Of a stretch of DNA of 64,000 nucleotides, positions 1 to 9,759 are shown piece by piece; the first letter of the stretch is position 1, and every line of letters begins with the position of its first letter. Under the pieces are notes generated by a model. The model searched no databases, had not been told where the DNA came from, and saw nothing but the letters and a program-made list of their open reading frames with translations. The translations under genes and the position numbers were made by a program. The stretch is from Candidatus Bathyarchaeota archaeon. GTDB taxonomy: Archaea > Thermoproteota > Bathyarchaeia > Bathyarchaeales > Bathycorpusculaceae. The DNA lies in contig OY970280.1 in the NCBI GenBank assembly GCA_963715865.1, forward strand, positions 2,240,001-2,304,000. Reading direction: 5' to 3'.

Positions 1-116
1 TTTCTGGACTCAAGTTTAGCTACCACGGTGGCATTTGTGCCTTGGGTTAACCGGTTTAGTTTTATTAACGGTGTTTTTCCTATGGTTTCTAAAACGTTGC
101 TGTAAATTTTTGTCAT
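1..116 (-). CDS. cysK: Cysteine synthase, 5' part only (runs off window)
   Basis: Manual translation from ATG at 116: MTKIYSNVLETIGKTPLIKLNRLTQGTNATVVAKLESR, the typical CysK N-terminus (IGxTPL..L....AKLE). Confidence 0.8.
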   Translation of the reverse strand, partial: MTKIYSNVLETIGKTPLIKLNRLTQGTNATVVAKLESR

Positions 117-290
117 ATTAATCACCTATTTTTCAGGGAAATAAACCTTATTGCTCACTCCAAAGGTATTCAGAAACTTCATAGTTATAAACAAATCTAA
201 CACTGAATGTGCCATCCTGTAAAGTAAAGCCTTTAAATGTCATGACTAATTCTATATTTCGCGCCAGCCTCAAACAACAAAAGCATGCTC

Positions 291-375
291 GCGGAGGTCG
301 CCCAGCATGGCCAAAGGCGTAGGACTGAGGCTCCTATCCCGCAGGGGTTCGTGGGTTCAAATCCCACCCTCCGCA
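291..375 (+). tRNA. tRNA-Leu(GAG), long variable arm, CCA not encoded
   Basis: GCGGAGG/CCTCCGC acceptor stem, TAGGA-CTGAGGC-TCCTA anticodon arm, GTGGG-TTCAAAT-CCCAC T arm. Confidence 0.95.
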
Positions 376-552
376 CTTTGCCCCTTTTGCCAAATAAAGC
401 CTAATTATCGGCTATTTGTGTGAATACTGGCAAAAAAAGCTTTTAATTAACAGGATTCGTCGCCTAATCGTACAAAATCGCTCACTATCTAAAGGCACGC
501 AAGAGGTATTGGAGGAGTCTTACATTAAAGTTCGAAGATTTTTCTATATTCA

Positions 553-574
553 GGGTTCAAATCCTACCAGACCA
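553..574 (+). repeat. Degenerate tRNA T-arm/3'-end remnant (att-like)
   Basis: GGGTTCAAATCCTACC matches GGGTTCAAATCCCACC of tRNA-Leu at 15/16 and is followed by AGACCA. Confidence 0.5.
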
Positions 575-617
575 TTTACGAGTTTAAAGCGCGTGCGCTA
601 TGGTACATTGTCATGAT

Positions 618-770
618 ATGAAATTAGGTCAGGTTTATGTTTGCGAAGAATGCGGACTCGAGCTAAAGGTTGCGAAGAGCTGTACTGAAAAGGGTAATCA
701 CCCCAAAGGAGTATCTTGCACTCGTTGCGTTCACGTGTGCTGCAATAGAGATATGAAATTGAGAGAGTAG
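618..770 (+). CDS. 50-aa Cys-rich desulforedoxin-like metal-binding protein (below ORF-track cut-off)
   Basis: MKLGQVYVCEECGLELKVAKSCTEKGNHPKGVSCTRCVHVCCNRDMKLRE; YxCxxCG...CC..M spacing resembles desulforedoxin. Confidence 0.65.
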   Translation: MKLGQVYVCEECGLELKVAKSCTEKGNHPKGVSCTRCVHVCCNRDMKLRE

Positions 771-895
771 ACGTAAATGCTCTCTAAACAGTAAACGCTC
801 TGTAGAGCCCGCGCTTAGACTAGAAATCAATGTTACTTAATGTTAACAGGAAAGTATTATAGATGGAAAACGAAGAATTACGTAAGGAATAAAGA

Positions 896-1483
896 ATGAC
901 AGTTGTAGACAGACTCGCGCCTGATTTTGAGGGAACAGCGTATTTCAACGGCAAGGTGACAAAGGTTAAGCTCTCGGATTACAAGGGAAAGTGGGTTTTG
1001 GTGTGCTTCTATCCAGGAGACTTTACTTATGTGTGTGCAACTGAAGTCGCTGGCATAATAAGGAACTACGAGAACCTCCAGCAGTTTGGTGGCGTAGGCA
1101 TCGCTATAAGCGCAGATTCAGTTCACTCTCACAAGGTTTGGGCAGAGACAAGTCCAGCGATAACATCTGCTTTGAAGGAAACGGGAAGAAAATTCCCTCC
1201 TATGCCTATGGTAGCCGACCCAACTTTTGAAATCGGTAGGAAGTACGGGGTAGTTGATGAAAAAGAGGGTGTCGAAACGAGAGGAAGATTCATTGTTGAC
1301 CCTGATGGAATTGTGCGAGGATATGAAGTGTTGAACGCCACGGTGGGGAGAAACCTAGAAGAGACATTCAGGCAACTCCAAGCATTCAAATTCGTAAGGG
1401 ACACCGGAAAAGTCACACCAGCAGGATGGAAACCCGGCGAGGAAGGAATTGAACCAAAAATAGAAAACGCTGGAAGAATATAG
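896..1483 (+). CDS. ahpC: Peroxiredoxin, AhpC/Prx1 family
   Basis: FYPGDFTYVCATE peroxidatic motif; RGRFIVDPDG; GRNLEETFR; TPAGWKPG. Confidence 0.9.
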   Translation: MTVVDRLAPDFEGTAYFNGKVTKVKLSDYKGKWVLVCFYPGDFTYVCATEVAGIIRNYENLQQFGGVGIAISADSVHSHKVWAETSPAITSALKETGRKFPPMPMVADPTFEIGRKYGVVDEKEGVETRGRFIVDPDGIVRGYEVLNATVGRNLEETFRQLQAFKFVRDTGKVTPAGWKPGEEGIEPKIENAGRI

Positions 1484-1697
1484 CCACTATAATCGAAAAA
1501 TTAATTTTTCCTTTTTCTATATTCGAGAGTCAAAAATGGGTACGGAAAGTTGAAGAACTCTTCCTATGAAAGGACAGCGACTGGTTTAAAAACGACAAAT
1601 AGAAAATCAAGAAAATCAGTACCATGGGAGTTACCATTCCTAGACTGTAATTTCTACCAAGAATTACGTTTTTTATAACAAAAAGGCTTTAGAGCCT

Positions 1698-1715
1698 TAT
1701 GTTCAGCTGAACATA
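1698..1715. other. Perfect 18-bp palindrome TATGTTCAGCTGAACATA between convergent ahpC and katG
   Basis: Sequence read directly; function unknown. Confidence 0.5.
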
Positions 1716-1852
1716 CCTTAGCTGGCGATATCCCCCGTGCACCCCCACTTTTTCTTTGTTTTTTGAAGGCTTCGCGCGTGTCACCGACTTCAACACATAA
1801 TATTGGGAAAGGTAGCGCGGCTTATCATATTGTCATCGCTAGCTACCTCTTG

Positions 1853-4141
<2,289 letters not shown>

Positions 4142-4155
4142 TTATTATCTAATAA
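4142..4155. promoter_or_regulatory. AT-rich inverted repeat TTATTA-TC-TAATAA between the TATA-like box and start of the Fur/PerR gene; candidate operator
   Basis: Lies in the katG/perR divergent intergenic region, 6 bp before the ATG at 4161. Confidence 0.35.
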
Positions 4156-4160
4156 TTTAT

Positions 4161-4598
4161 ATGACGGCTTCTCTTAAATCAGACGCCTCTGCAATTGAAG
4201 CTCTGCGAAGCAAAGGATACAAGGCAACCCCGCAGAGAATAGCCATCTGCCGAATCGCGCTCAACAGCAGAGCCCACCCTTCAGCTCAACAAGTGTACGA
4301 TGAGGTTAAGAAAATTTATCCGACTGTTAGTCTAGCAACGGTCTACAAGACTTTGGAAGTACTTAGGAATTTAGAGTTGGTACAGGAGATTAATTTTCCC
4401 AAGGGGCAGGCGAGGTTTGATTCTTACATGAGTCCTCACATAAACCTGATTTGCTTGAAATGCGGTAAAATCATAGACTTAGACGATACGGCTGTAAAAG
4501 AAATAACAAGGAAAGTTGCAGCAGCGACAAAATTCAAGCCAACCGGGCAACGCATGGATGTATACGGGATTTGTCAAAAATGCAGTGACACCAAATAG
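4161..4598 (+). CDS. perR: Fur-family regulator, PerR-like
   Basis: TPQRIAI, HPSA, ATVYKTL, RFD...HINLICLKCG and C-terminal CQKC; divergent from katG. Confidence 0.8.
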   Translation: MTASLKSDASAIEALRSKGYKATPQRIAICRIALNSRAHPSAQQVYDEVKKIYPTVSLATVYKTLEVLRNLELVQEINFPKGQARFDSYMSPHINLICLKCGKIIDLDDTAVKEITRKVAAATKFKPTGQRMDVYGICQKCSDTK

Positions 4599-4617
4599 CA
4601 AGGGCGCACGCATTTGA

Positions 4618-5045
4618 CAGATAAAAGGAATCAGCCTCTTGGTTCTTTTCATGTATTGAAGGTACTCGGATCCAAACTTTTCGACTAGGATTTTTTCTTC
4701 AATTCCTATCCTGTAAAGGAAAAGCGGAATAATCCCCAGCATTACAAGAAAACCGCAAACGCTTCAAAACACCAGCGGAATAGCTGGCGTGTAGATCAGA
4801 GCAGTCAGCGTAATGGGGTGCCGAATATGCTTGTAGACTCCTTATTGTATGAGCTTCCGGTCCTTCAGCGTTCTCAAACCGTACGAATAGTTCTTCCCAA
4901 ATGCGCGCTTTCTTACTTGCCGAAGAATGGTTCCGCCAATAAACATCGCCAACCCCACAGTATTGAGCAATCCTAAACTCCAAACAGCTTTCTGCAGCCG
5001 TACAAAATCCCATACTGCCACAAGCGTTCCAATAACAAAAACAAA
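4618..5045 (-). pseudogene. ICMT/PEMT-family membrane methyltransferase pseudogene
   Basis: One frame reads ...KLIQ*GVYKHIRHP...PLVF*...EEKILVEKFGSEYLQYMKRTKRLIPF, with in-frame TAA (4842-4844) and TGA (4764-4766) and no start. Confidence 0.75.
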
Positions 5046-5112
5046 CTAAACTCACACAAAACTTATCTCGTCTTGAACCATTATGTAAACCACTATCTGT
5101 GGTGAACCAAGA

Positions 5113-5418
5113 ATGGGATTTGTTAAGGTTGCTCCAAAAGAAGAAGTACCCGCAGGCAAAATGAAGCTGGTCGAAGCAAACGGAACGCAAGTTTTGCTCG
5201 CAAACATCGCAGGGGAATACTATGCTATCGGCAACAAGTGTACTCACAGGGGCTGCAAGCTTTCCAGTGGGACATTAGATGGGGAAATCGTGGAGTGTCC
5301 CTGCCACGGCTCGAAGTTTAGTGTGAAGACTGGCGAAGCGGTACATGGACCTGCAACCAAGCCGGAACCCAAATATGCCGTGAAGGTGGAAGAAGACCAG
5401 ATTTTAATCAACGCCTAA
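5113..5418 (+). CDS. Rieske [2Fe-2S] ferredoxin
   Basis: CTHRGC...CPCHGSKF motifs. Confidence 0.92.
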   Translation: MGFVKVAPKEEVPAGKMKLVEANGTQVLLANIAGEYYAIGNKCTHRGCKLSSGTLDGEIVECPCHGSKFSVKTGEAVHGPATKPEPKYAVKVEEDQILINA

Positions 5419-5512
5419 TACCACCATAATCCTCGTTTTTTTCTATAGGTAGTGCAATTATGAGCGAAATGAATCAAGTGCAAAAGTCAATTTCCTGCCC
5501 TTTTGCGCGCGC

Positions 5513-6621
5513 CAGTGCGTTGCTAAATTGTTTGGATTGACATTTTCATGCTAAACGGACTTGTATTTGATCAATTCGTAAGTCTGGTATGGAGAAAAAT
5601 GGAAGTTCCTGCTCCATTTTGCGCAGTTTAAACATGGACGACATAGAAGAGGTTCTATCCGAAGCCTACCACAAAGAAGGCGCAGGCAGGCCTCCGAGAA
5701 AGCCGATAGGCATATTCAAAGCGTTAATAATTAAACGGGTCAAGCAAATTCCAAGCGACAGAGAACTGTACCGCCGATTATGGCAAGACGAAGACATGAG
5801 ACGAGTCTGCGACATAGAAGAACAGGAAAAACCATACCGTCCCTCACAGGTGACGCGTTTCAGGCATCGCGTCGGCGTTGAAAGGCTCGAGAAAATCCTG
5901 AATACCCTGCTTGATGAGCTACGCAAGCGCAAAGTCATAGTCGGCAAGAAGGTGGTCATGGATGCCACGTTTGTCAAGGCTTACAGCAGGCGAGATCCAC
6001 ATGACAACAGCCGTGGAAAGTCGGATCCACAAGCCAGAGTGGGTAGAGACGGCAAAACCTACGAGCTTGGCTACAAGCTGCATTTAGCGGTGGACGCGAA
6101 GTCTGAGCTGCCTCTGGCTGTCGTTGTGGCTCCGGCTAACGATAACGAGAAGAAGCATGCTCCAGCCCTGTTCAAGAAAGCTTGGAAGGCTGCGGGTGGA
6201 AGGACGAGGTTTATGATCGGTGACTCGCAGTTTTCAAGCAAGCGTTTTCGCGAGAAAGTGTCTGATCTGGGTGTTAGGGCGGTGATTCCTTATCCCACGA
6301 ATCAGGTGCGAGGCAAGAAGGGAGTGCTCAGGGTTGATCATTTCTTTAGGGTTCATGGGCCTACGGGGGAGAAAAGGCTTTACAGGTCAAGGTACTCGAT
6401 TGAGCGGGTCAATTCTAGACTCAAAGAGCAGGTGTGTCTGGAGAATCATCGGGTTAGGGGTTTGGAGAGAATGACGTTTCATGCCTTGTTCTGTTTGATT
6501 GCGATGCTTCTGAACGCGGTTGCTGCTGTCCGATTGGGCAAACGGGAAAAGGTTCGGTCCATGTCTTTTCTGGCAGAATGAGCAGAAATTAACATGAAAA
6601 ATTCAATTTAGCAACGAACTG
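5513..6621 (+). mobile_element. Complete IS element, DDE type (IS5/IS1182-like)
   Basis: 18-bp TIRs CAGTGCGTTGCTAAATTG and (reverse complement) CAGTTCGTTGCTAAATTG; GCGCGC on both flanks (5507-5512, 6622-6627), read as a 6-bp TSD. Confidence 0.85.
5589..6581 (+). CDS. DDE transposase
   Basis: N-terminal GRPP...SDREL domain; MDATFVKA, GYKLHLAVD, IGDSQF, RYSIERVNSRLK. Confidence 0.9.
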   Translation: MEKNGSSCSILRSLNMDDIEEVLSEAYHKEGAGRPPRKPIGIFKALIIKRVKQIPSDRELYRRLWQDEDMRRVCDIEEQEKPYRPSQVTRFRHRVGVERLEKILNTLLDELRKRKVIVGKKVVMDATFVKAYSRRDPHDNSRGKSDPQARVGRDGKTYELGYKLHLAVDAKSELPLAVVVAPANDNEKKHAPALFKKAWKAAGGRTRFMIGDSQFSSKRFREKVSDLGVRAVIPYPTNQVRGKKGVLRVDHFFRVHGPTGEKRLYRSRYSIERVNSRLKEQVCLENHRVRGLERMTFHALFCLIAMLLNAVAAVRLGKREKVRSMSFLAE

Positions 6622-6837
6622 GCGCGCTCATAAAATGGCATGAGCGCCCACCACGTTTAACACTTCTCATACCATCGCGCTACTTACGCGTGGTGATGAA
6701 TTATCTGTTTCGCATTTTTTGTTGTGAGAATTCGTTTGGTAGATTGTTGAAACGACCTTTGAGGTCACCTATGAAGTTACCAGAACCATAAGAAAAAGTT
6801 TATAGCGAGGAAACTATTCAAAATATCTGGTTGTCAC

Positions 6838-7239
6838 ATGGCAACTATTCCTAAAGAGATTGTTGATATTCTTAATGCGCAAGATTCAATTAAAATCTTA
6901 GCTTCAGCTGATGAAAACGGAATGCCTAATGCGGTACCTGTCTACAGTATAACACCTATTAGTAATGACACATTAGCTTTTGCGGAAATGATGATTATAC
7001 ATACAAAGCATAACCTAGAAAAAACCAAGAAAGCTTCTGTAACAGTTTTTAAGCTTCCTGCCACTGCTTATCAACTAAAGGGCACATTTCTCGGTTTCCA
7101 AACGTCAGGTCAACTGTTTGATAATTTTGCAAAAAGGATGGCTGAACATAAATTGCCTCCTATCAAAAGTGTTGGCATCATAAAAGTCGAGGAAGTTTAT
7201 GCTGCTTCTCCTGGGGCAGGTAGCAAAAAGTTAGCGTAA
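6838..7239 (+). CDS. Pyridoxamine 5'-phosphate oxidase-like FMN-binding protein
   Basis: ILASADENGMPNAVP...T.HNL....KASV...YQLKG pattern. Confidence 0.75.
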   Translation: MATIPKEIVDILNAQDSIKILASADENGMPNAVPVYSITPISNDTLAFAEMMIIHTKHNLEKTKKASVTVFKLPATAYQLKGTFLGFQTSGQLFDNFAKRMAEHKLPPIKSVGIIKVEEVYAASPGAGSKKLA

Positions 7240-7324
7240 AAACTTCAAGTTTTTGACTCAGTTTTTGTCTTTTTCTTATTGTTTCCAAATGCATGCGTGA
7301 AATTTAAACGTGAATGTAAACCTA

Positions 7325-7338
7325 ACCCTCCGCACCAA
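7325..7338 (+). repeat. Short copy of the tRNA-Leu 3' end, ACCCTCCGCACCAA (internal att remnant)
   Basis: Identical to 8064-8077; includes CCA. Confidence 0.65.
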
Positions 7339-7414
7339 TGTTAAAGGCTTGTTTCTTTACGGGTTATAATAATCTTAAAATCTTTCTTTGCCATATATGT
7401 TTATGGTGATGTTT

Positions 7415-7609
7415 ATGTCTAAGAAAACAACGGTAATCTTGCGTGACGATGTTTACCAAACGCTAAAAGAGAAAGCAGGCGCCCGAAACATTTCCAACGA
7501 AATAAACAAAATCCTCATTGAGCACTTTGCAAAAACAGAAAGCATGTTTGGCACCATGAAAAAAACTGACACTGCTGACCTAAGAGACCACAAGGACCGC
7601 TGCTTATGA
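7415..7609 (+). CDS. Putative VapB-type antitoxin
   Basis: Small protein (KTTVILRDDVYQTL) overlapping the vapC start by ATGA; ATG at 7415 preceded by GGTGA. Confidence 0.75.
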   Translation: MSKKTTVILRDDVYQTLKEKAGARNISNEINKILIEHFAKTESMFGTMKKTDTADLRDHKDRCL

Positions 7610-7995
7610 GATATGTTATCGACTCCTATGCTTGGATTGAATATTTCATGAGGACAAAAGCAGGTGAGAACGCCAAGGCTATAATTGAAAATTCTGAAGA
7701 AAAAATAACCCCTACCATTTGTTTAGCGGAAGTTTATGCCAAGACCCTCAAGGTTGAAAGTCAAGAACTTGCCGAAAAGCAAAAGACTTTCGTGAAAGAA
7801 AAAAGTGCGCTTGTATATCTGGACGAGTCAATCGCCGTAGAATCCGCTAAAGTGCAAGTCCGTATGAAAAAAGAAATTGATGGATGGGGACTAGCTGACT
7901 CAATAGTTTACGCAACTGCAATCGTTAAGAAAGCAGAAGTAGTAACAGGAGACGAACACTTTAAAAAACTCAAAAATGTGCTGTTTATAAAATAA
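7606..7995 (+). CDS. vapC: PIN-domain toxin
   Basis: YVIDSYAWIE, LAEVY, LADSIVYA, VTGDEHF acidic PIN motifs. Confidence 0.9.
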   Translation: MRYVIDSYAWIEYFMRTKAGENAKAIIENSEEKITPTICLAEVYAKTLKVESQELAEKQKTFVKEKSALVYLDESIAVESAKVQVRMKKEIDGWGLADSIVYATAIVKKAEVVTGDEHFKKLKNVLFIK

Positions 7996-8014
7996 CCAAC
8001 CTTGGTTTAATTAA

Positions 8015-8076
8015 GCGTAGGACTGAGGCTCCTATCCCGCAGGGGTTCGTGGGTTCAAATCTCACCCTCCGCACCA
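8015..8076 (+). repeat. attR: 59-bp copy of tRNA-Leu 317-375 plus CCA
   Basis: One mismatch (ATCTCACC vs ATCCCACC); starts at the anticodon stem. Confidence 0.92.
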
Positions 8077-8168
8077 AATTGCAAAGAAACTTTTCCATCA
8101 AAAAACCATTTTTCATAAGTAACGGTTAAAAGCCAATGATGCACACAAATATTTAGCATCCAAAAGGT

Positions 8169-8798
8169 TTGGTTACAAAAATGCAATCCGCTAAAACCGA
8201 ACAAAGAAAATTCGTATTTGTTGACCCAGGCAAGTGTACTGGTTGCGGAATCTGCGAGTACGCTTGCACACTAGAAAAAGGCGAAGCCATCTGGAACCCA
8301 ATCAGGTCCAGAATCCGCGTTATCCGCATGACACCACTCTTCAACTTCGCCCTTGCCTGTCGCGCATGCAAAGACGCCAAATGCGTAAAAGCATGCCCAG
8401 AAAAAGCTCTTTCACAAGCAGAAAACACAGGCTTACTGATAATCGATGAGAAGAAATGTAAAGGCTGCGATTGGTGCGTTCAAGCCTGCGAATACGGCGG
8501 AATCACCATACACTCCGACACAGGAAAAGCCATCGCCTGTGACCTTTGCCAAGGTGAACCCAAATGCATCGAAGCATGCCCAGAAGAAGCCTTAGAACTT
8601 GTTGATTCTGACGAAGCAGCAGAAAAACGTTTCAACGACGCGCTAGAAAAGTTGCCTGCAGAAACCGAGCAGTTAACCACCGCAGTCAAGAACAAGGATT
8701 GGAAACCACTGCTAGCCATTGCAGAGAAGCGATCCGAAAAAGTCACAGAGAAGCTTGAAGCGTTAAACAAGAAGGCAGTTGCACAAAAACAAAAGTAA
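8169..8798 (+). CDS. 4Fe-4S dicluster electron-transfer protein with helical C-terminal tail
   Basis: CTGCGICEYAC, CRACKDAKCVKACP, CKGCDWCVQAC, CDLC...CIEACP. Confidence 0.85.
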   Translation: MVTKMQSAKTEQRKFVFVDPGKCTGCGICEYACTLEKGEAIWNPIRSRIRVIRMTPLFNFALACRACKDAKCVKACPEKALSQAENTGLLIIDEKKCKGCDWCVQACEYGGITIHSDTGKAIACDLCQGEPKCIEACPEEALELVDSDEAAEKRFNDALEKLPAETEQLTTAVKNKDWKPLLAIAEKRSEKVTEKLEALNKKAVAQKQK

Positions 8799-8811
8799 CT
8801 CTTTTTCTGAA

Positions 8812-9672
8812 TTATGGGTTTTCTTCATAACCCCTCAATAAATTGTCAATATCCAAACCAACCTGTTCACCCACATAACCACCTTCCAAAACAAAAAACA
8901 CAGACTTTTTCAATAAAGCAACTCTTTTGCCAATCTCCCAATAATCCTTTTCAATCAAGTCTAAAGACACTAAATCACCAAGATGAGTATCAAAACCACA
9001 AGAAACAGCAACCGCCTCAACCCAGCCTAAATCAACCATGCGTAACGCTTTATCAAGCGTCTCCAAATACCGTTGTCCACCGCAATCCGCTGGCAAAGCA
9101 AAATTAATACAGTTCCCTTCGGTGAAATCACCGGTTCCCGGATAATTTGGCGATTGATGTAGCGAAACATAAATCACCTTATCATCGCCTTGAAAAATCT
9201 CCTGAGTACCATTCCCATGGTGCCCATCAATATCCAAAATCAACGTTCTTTTACCTAACTCCTTAACAGCTATCGCAATGTTGTTGAGGTAGCAAAATCC
9301 ACGCGTAGAAACGCCTAAAGCAGCGCCGTTTCTGCCAACATGGTGTCCTGGTGGACGCATAAGCGAAAACCCTTTAATTTTACTAGCTAAAAGTGCACCA
9401 CCAACTGAAAGCCTTGCGTACTCGTAGATGTTATCGTATGCAGGCGTATCCGGATCTTCAACCAAACCTTTCTTGAGTTTCCAAATGTAATCGGCATCAT
9501 GAACAGTTAACAGTTCCTCTTCACTTGCAGGTGTGGGCTCCAAAAACTCGTAACCTTTCGCTCTCAAAATTTCAGATGCAATTTTTACTCGTTGTGGCCC
9601 CTCAATGTGCCAAGCGCCATAGCCTAAACATTTTTCTGAATAAACTACCTTTGTTTTCATCGTTATCTGCAT
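8812..9672 (-). CDS. Histone-deacetylase-family (AcuC/acetylpolyamine amidohydrolase-like) protein
   Basis: RPPGHH, GFCYLNN, DIDGHHGNGTQ, GFD, LEGGY. Confidence 0.92.
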   Translation of the reverse strand: MQITMKTKVVYSEKCLGYGAWHIEGPQRVKIASEILRAKGYEFLEPTPASEEELLTVHDADYIWKLKKGLVEDPDTPAYDNIYEYARLSVGGALLASKIKGFSLMRPPGHHVGRNGAALGVSTRGFCYLNNIAIAVKELGKRTLILDIDGHHGNGTQEIFQGDDKVIYVSLHQSPNYPGTGDFTEGNCINFALPADCGGQRYLETLDKALRMVDLGWVEAVAVSCGFDTHLGDLVSLDLIEKDYWEIGKRVALLKKSVFFVLEGGYVGEQVGLDIDNLLRGYEENP

Positions 9673-9759
9673 CCATTAGACAGATAAGAGACGCTTTCAC
9701 TTTAAAATATAACTTAACCTAAATTTAGCGTCCCAAAGCAATCGGGGAAAAAGCATAAA

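Noticed and set aside
416-616. 66-aa ORF just after tRNA-Leu, considered as a split-integrase fragment
   Set aside because: No tyrosine-recombinase motifs recognisable; it runs across the att-like remnant; probably spurious.
4764-4844. Possible Sec/Pyl read-through in the ICMT-like frame
   Set aside because: One stop is TAA, neither aligns to a Cys/Lys catalytic site, and the start is missing; ordinary pseudogene.
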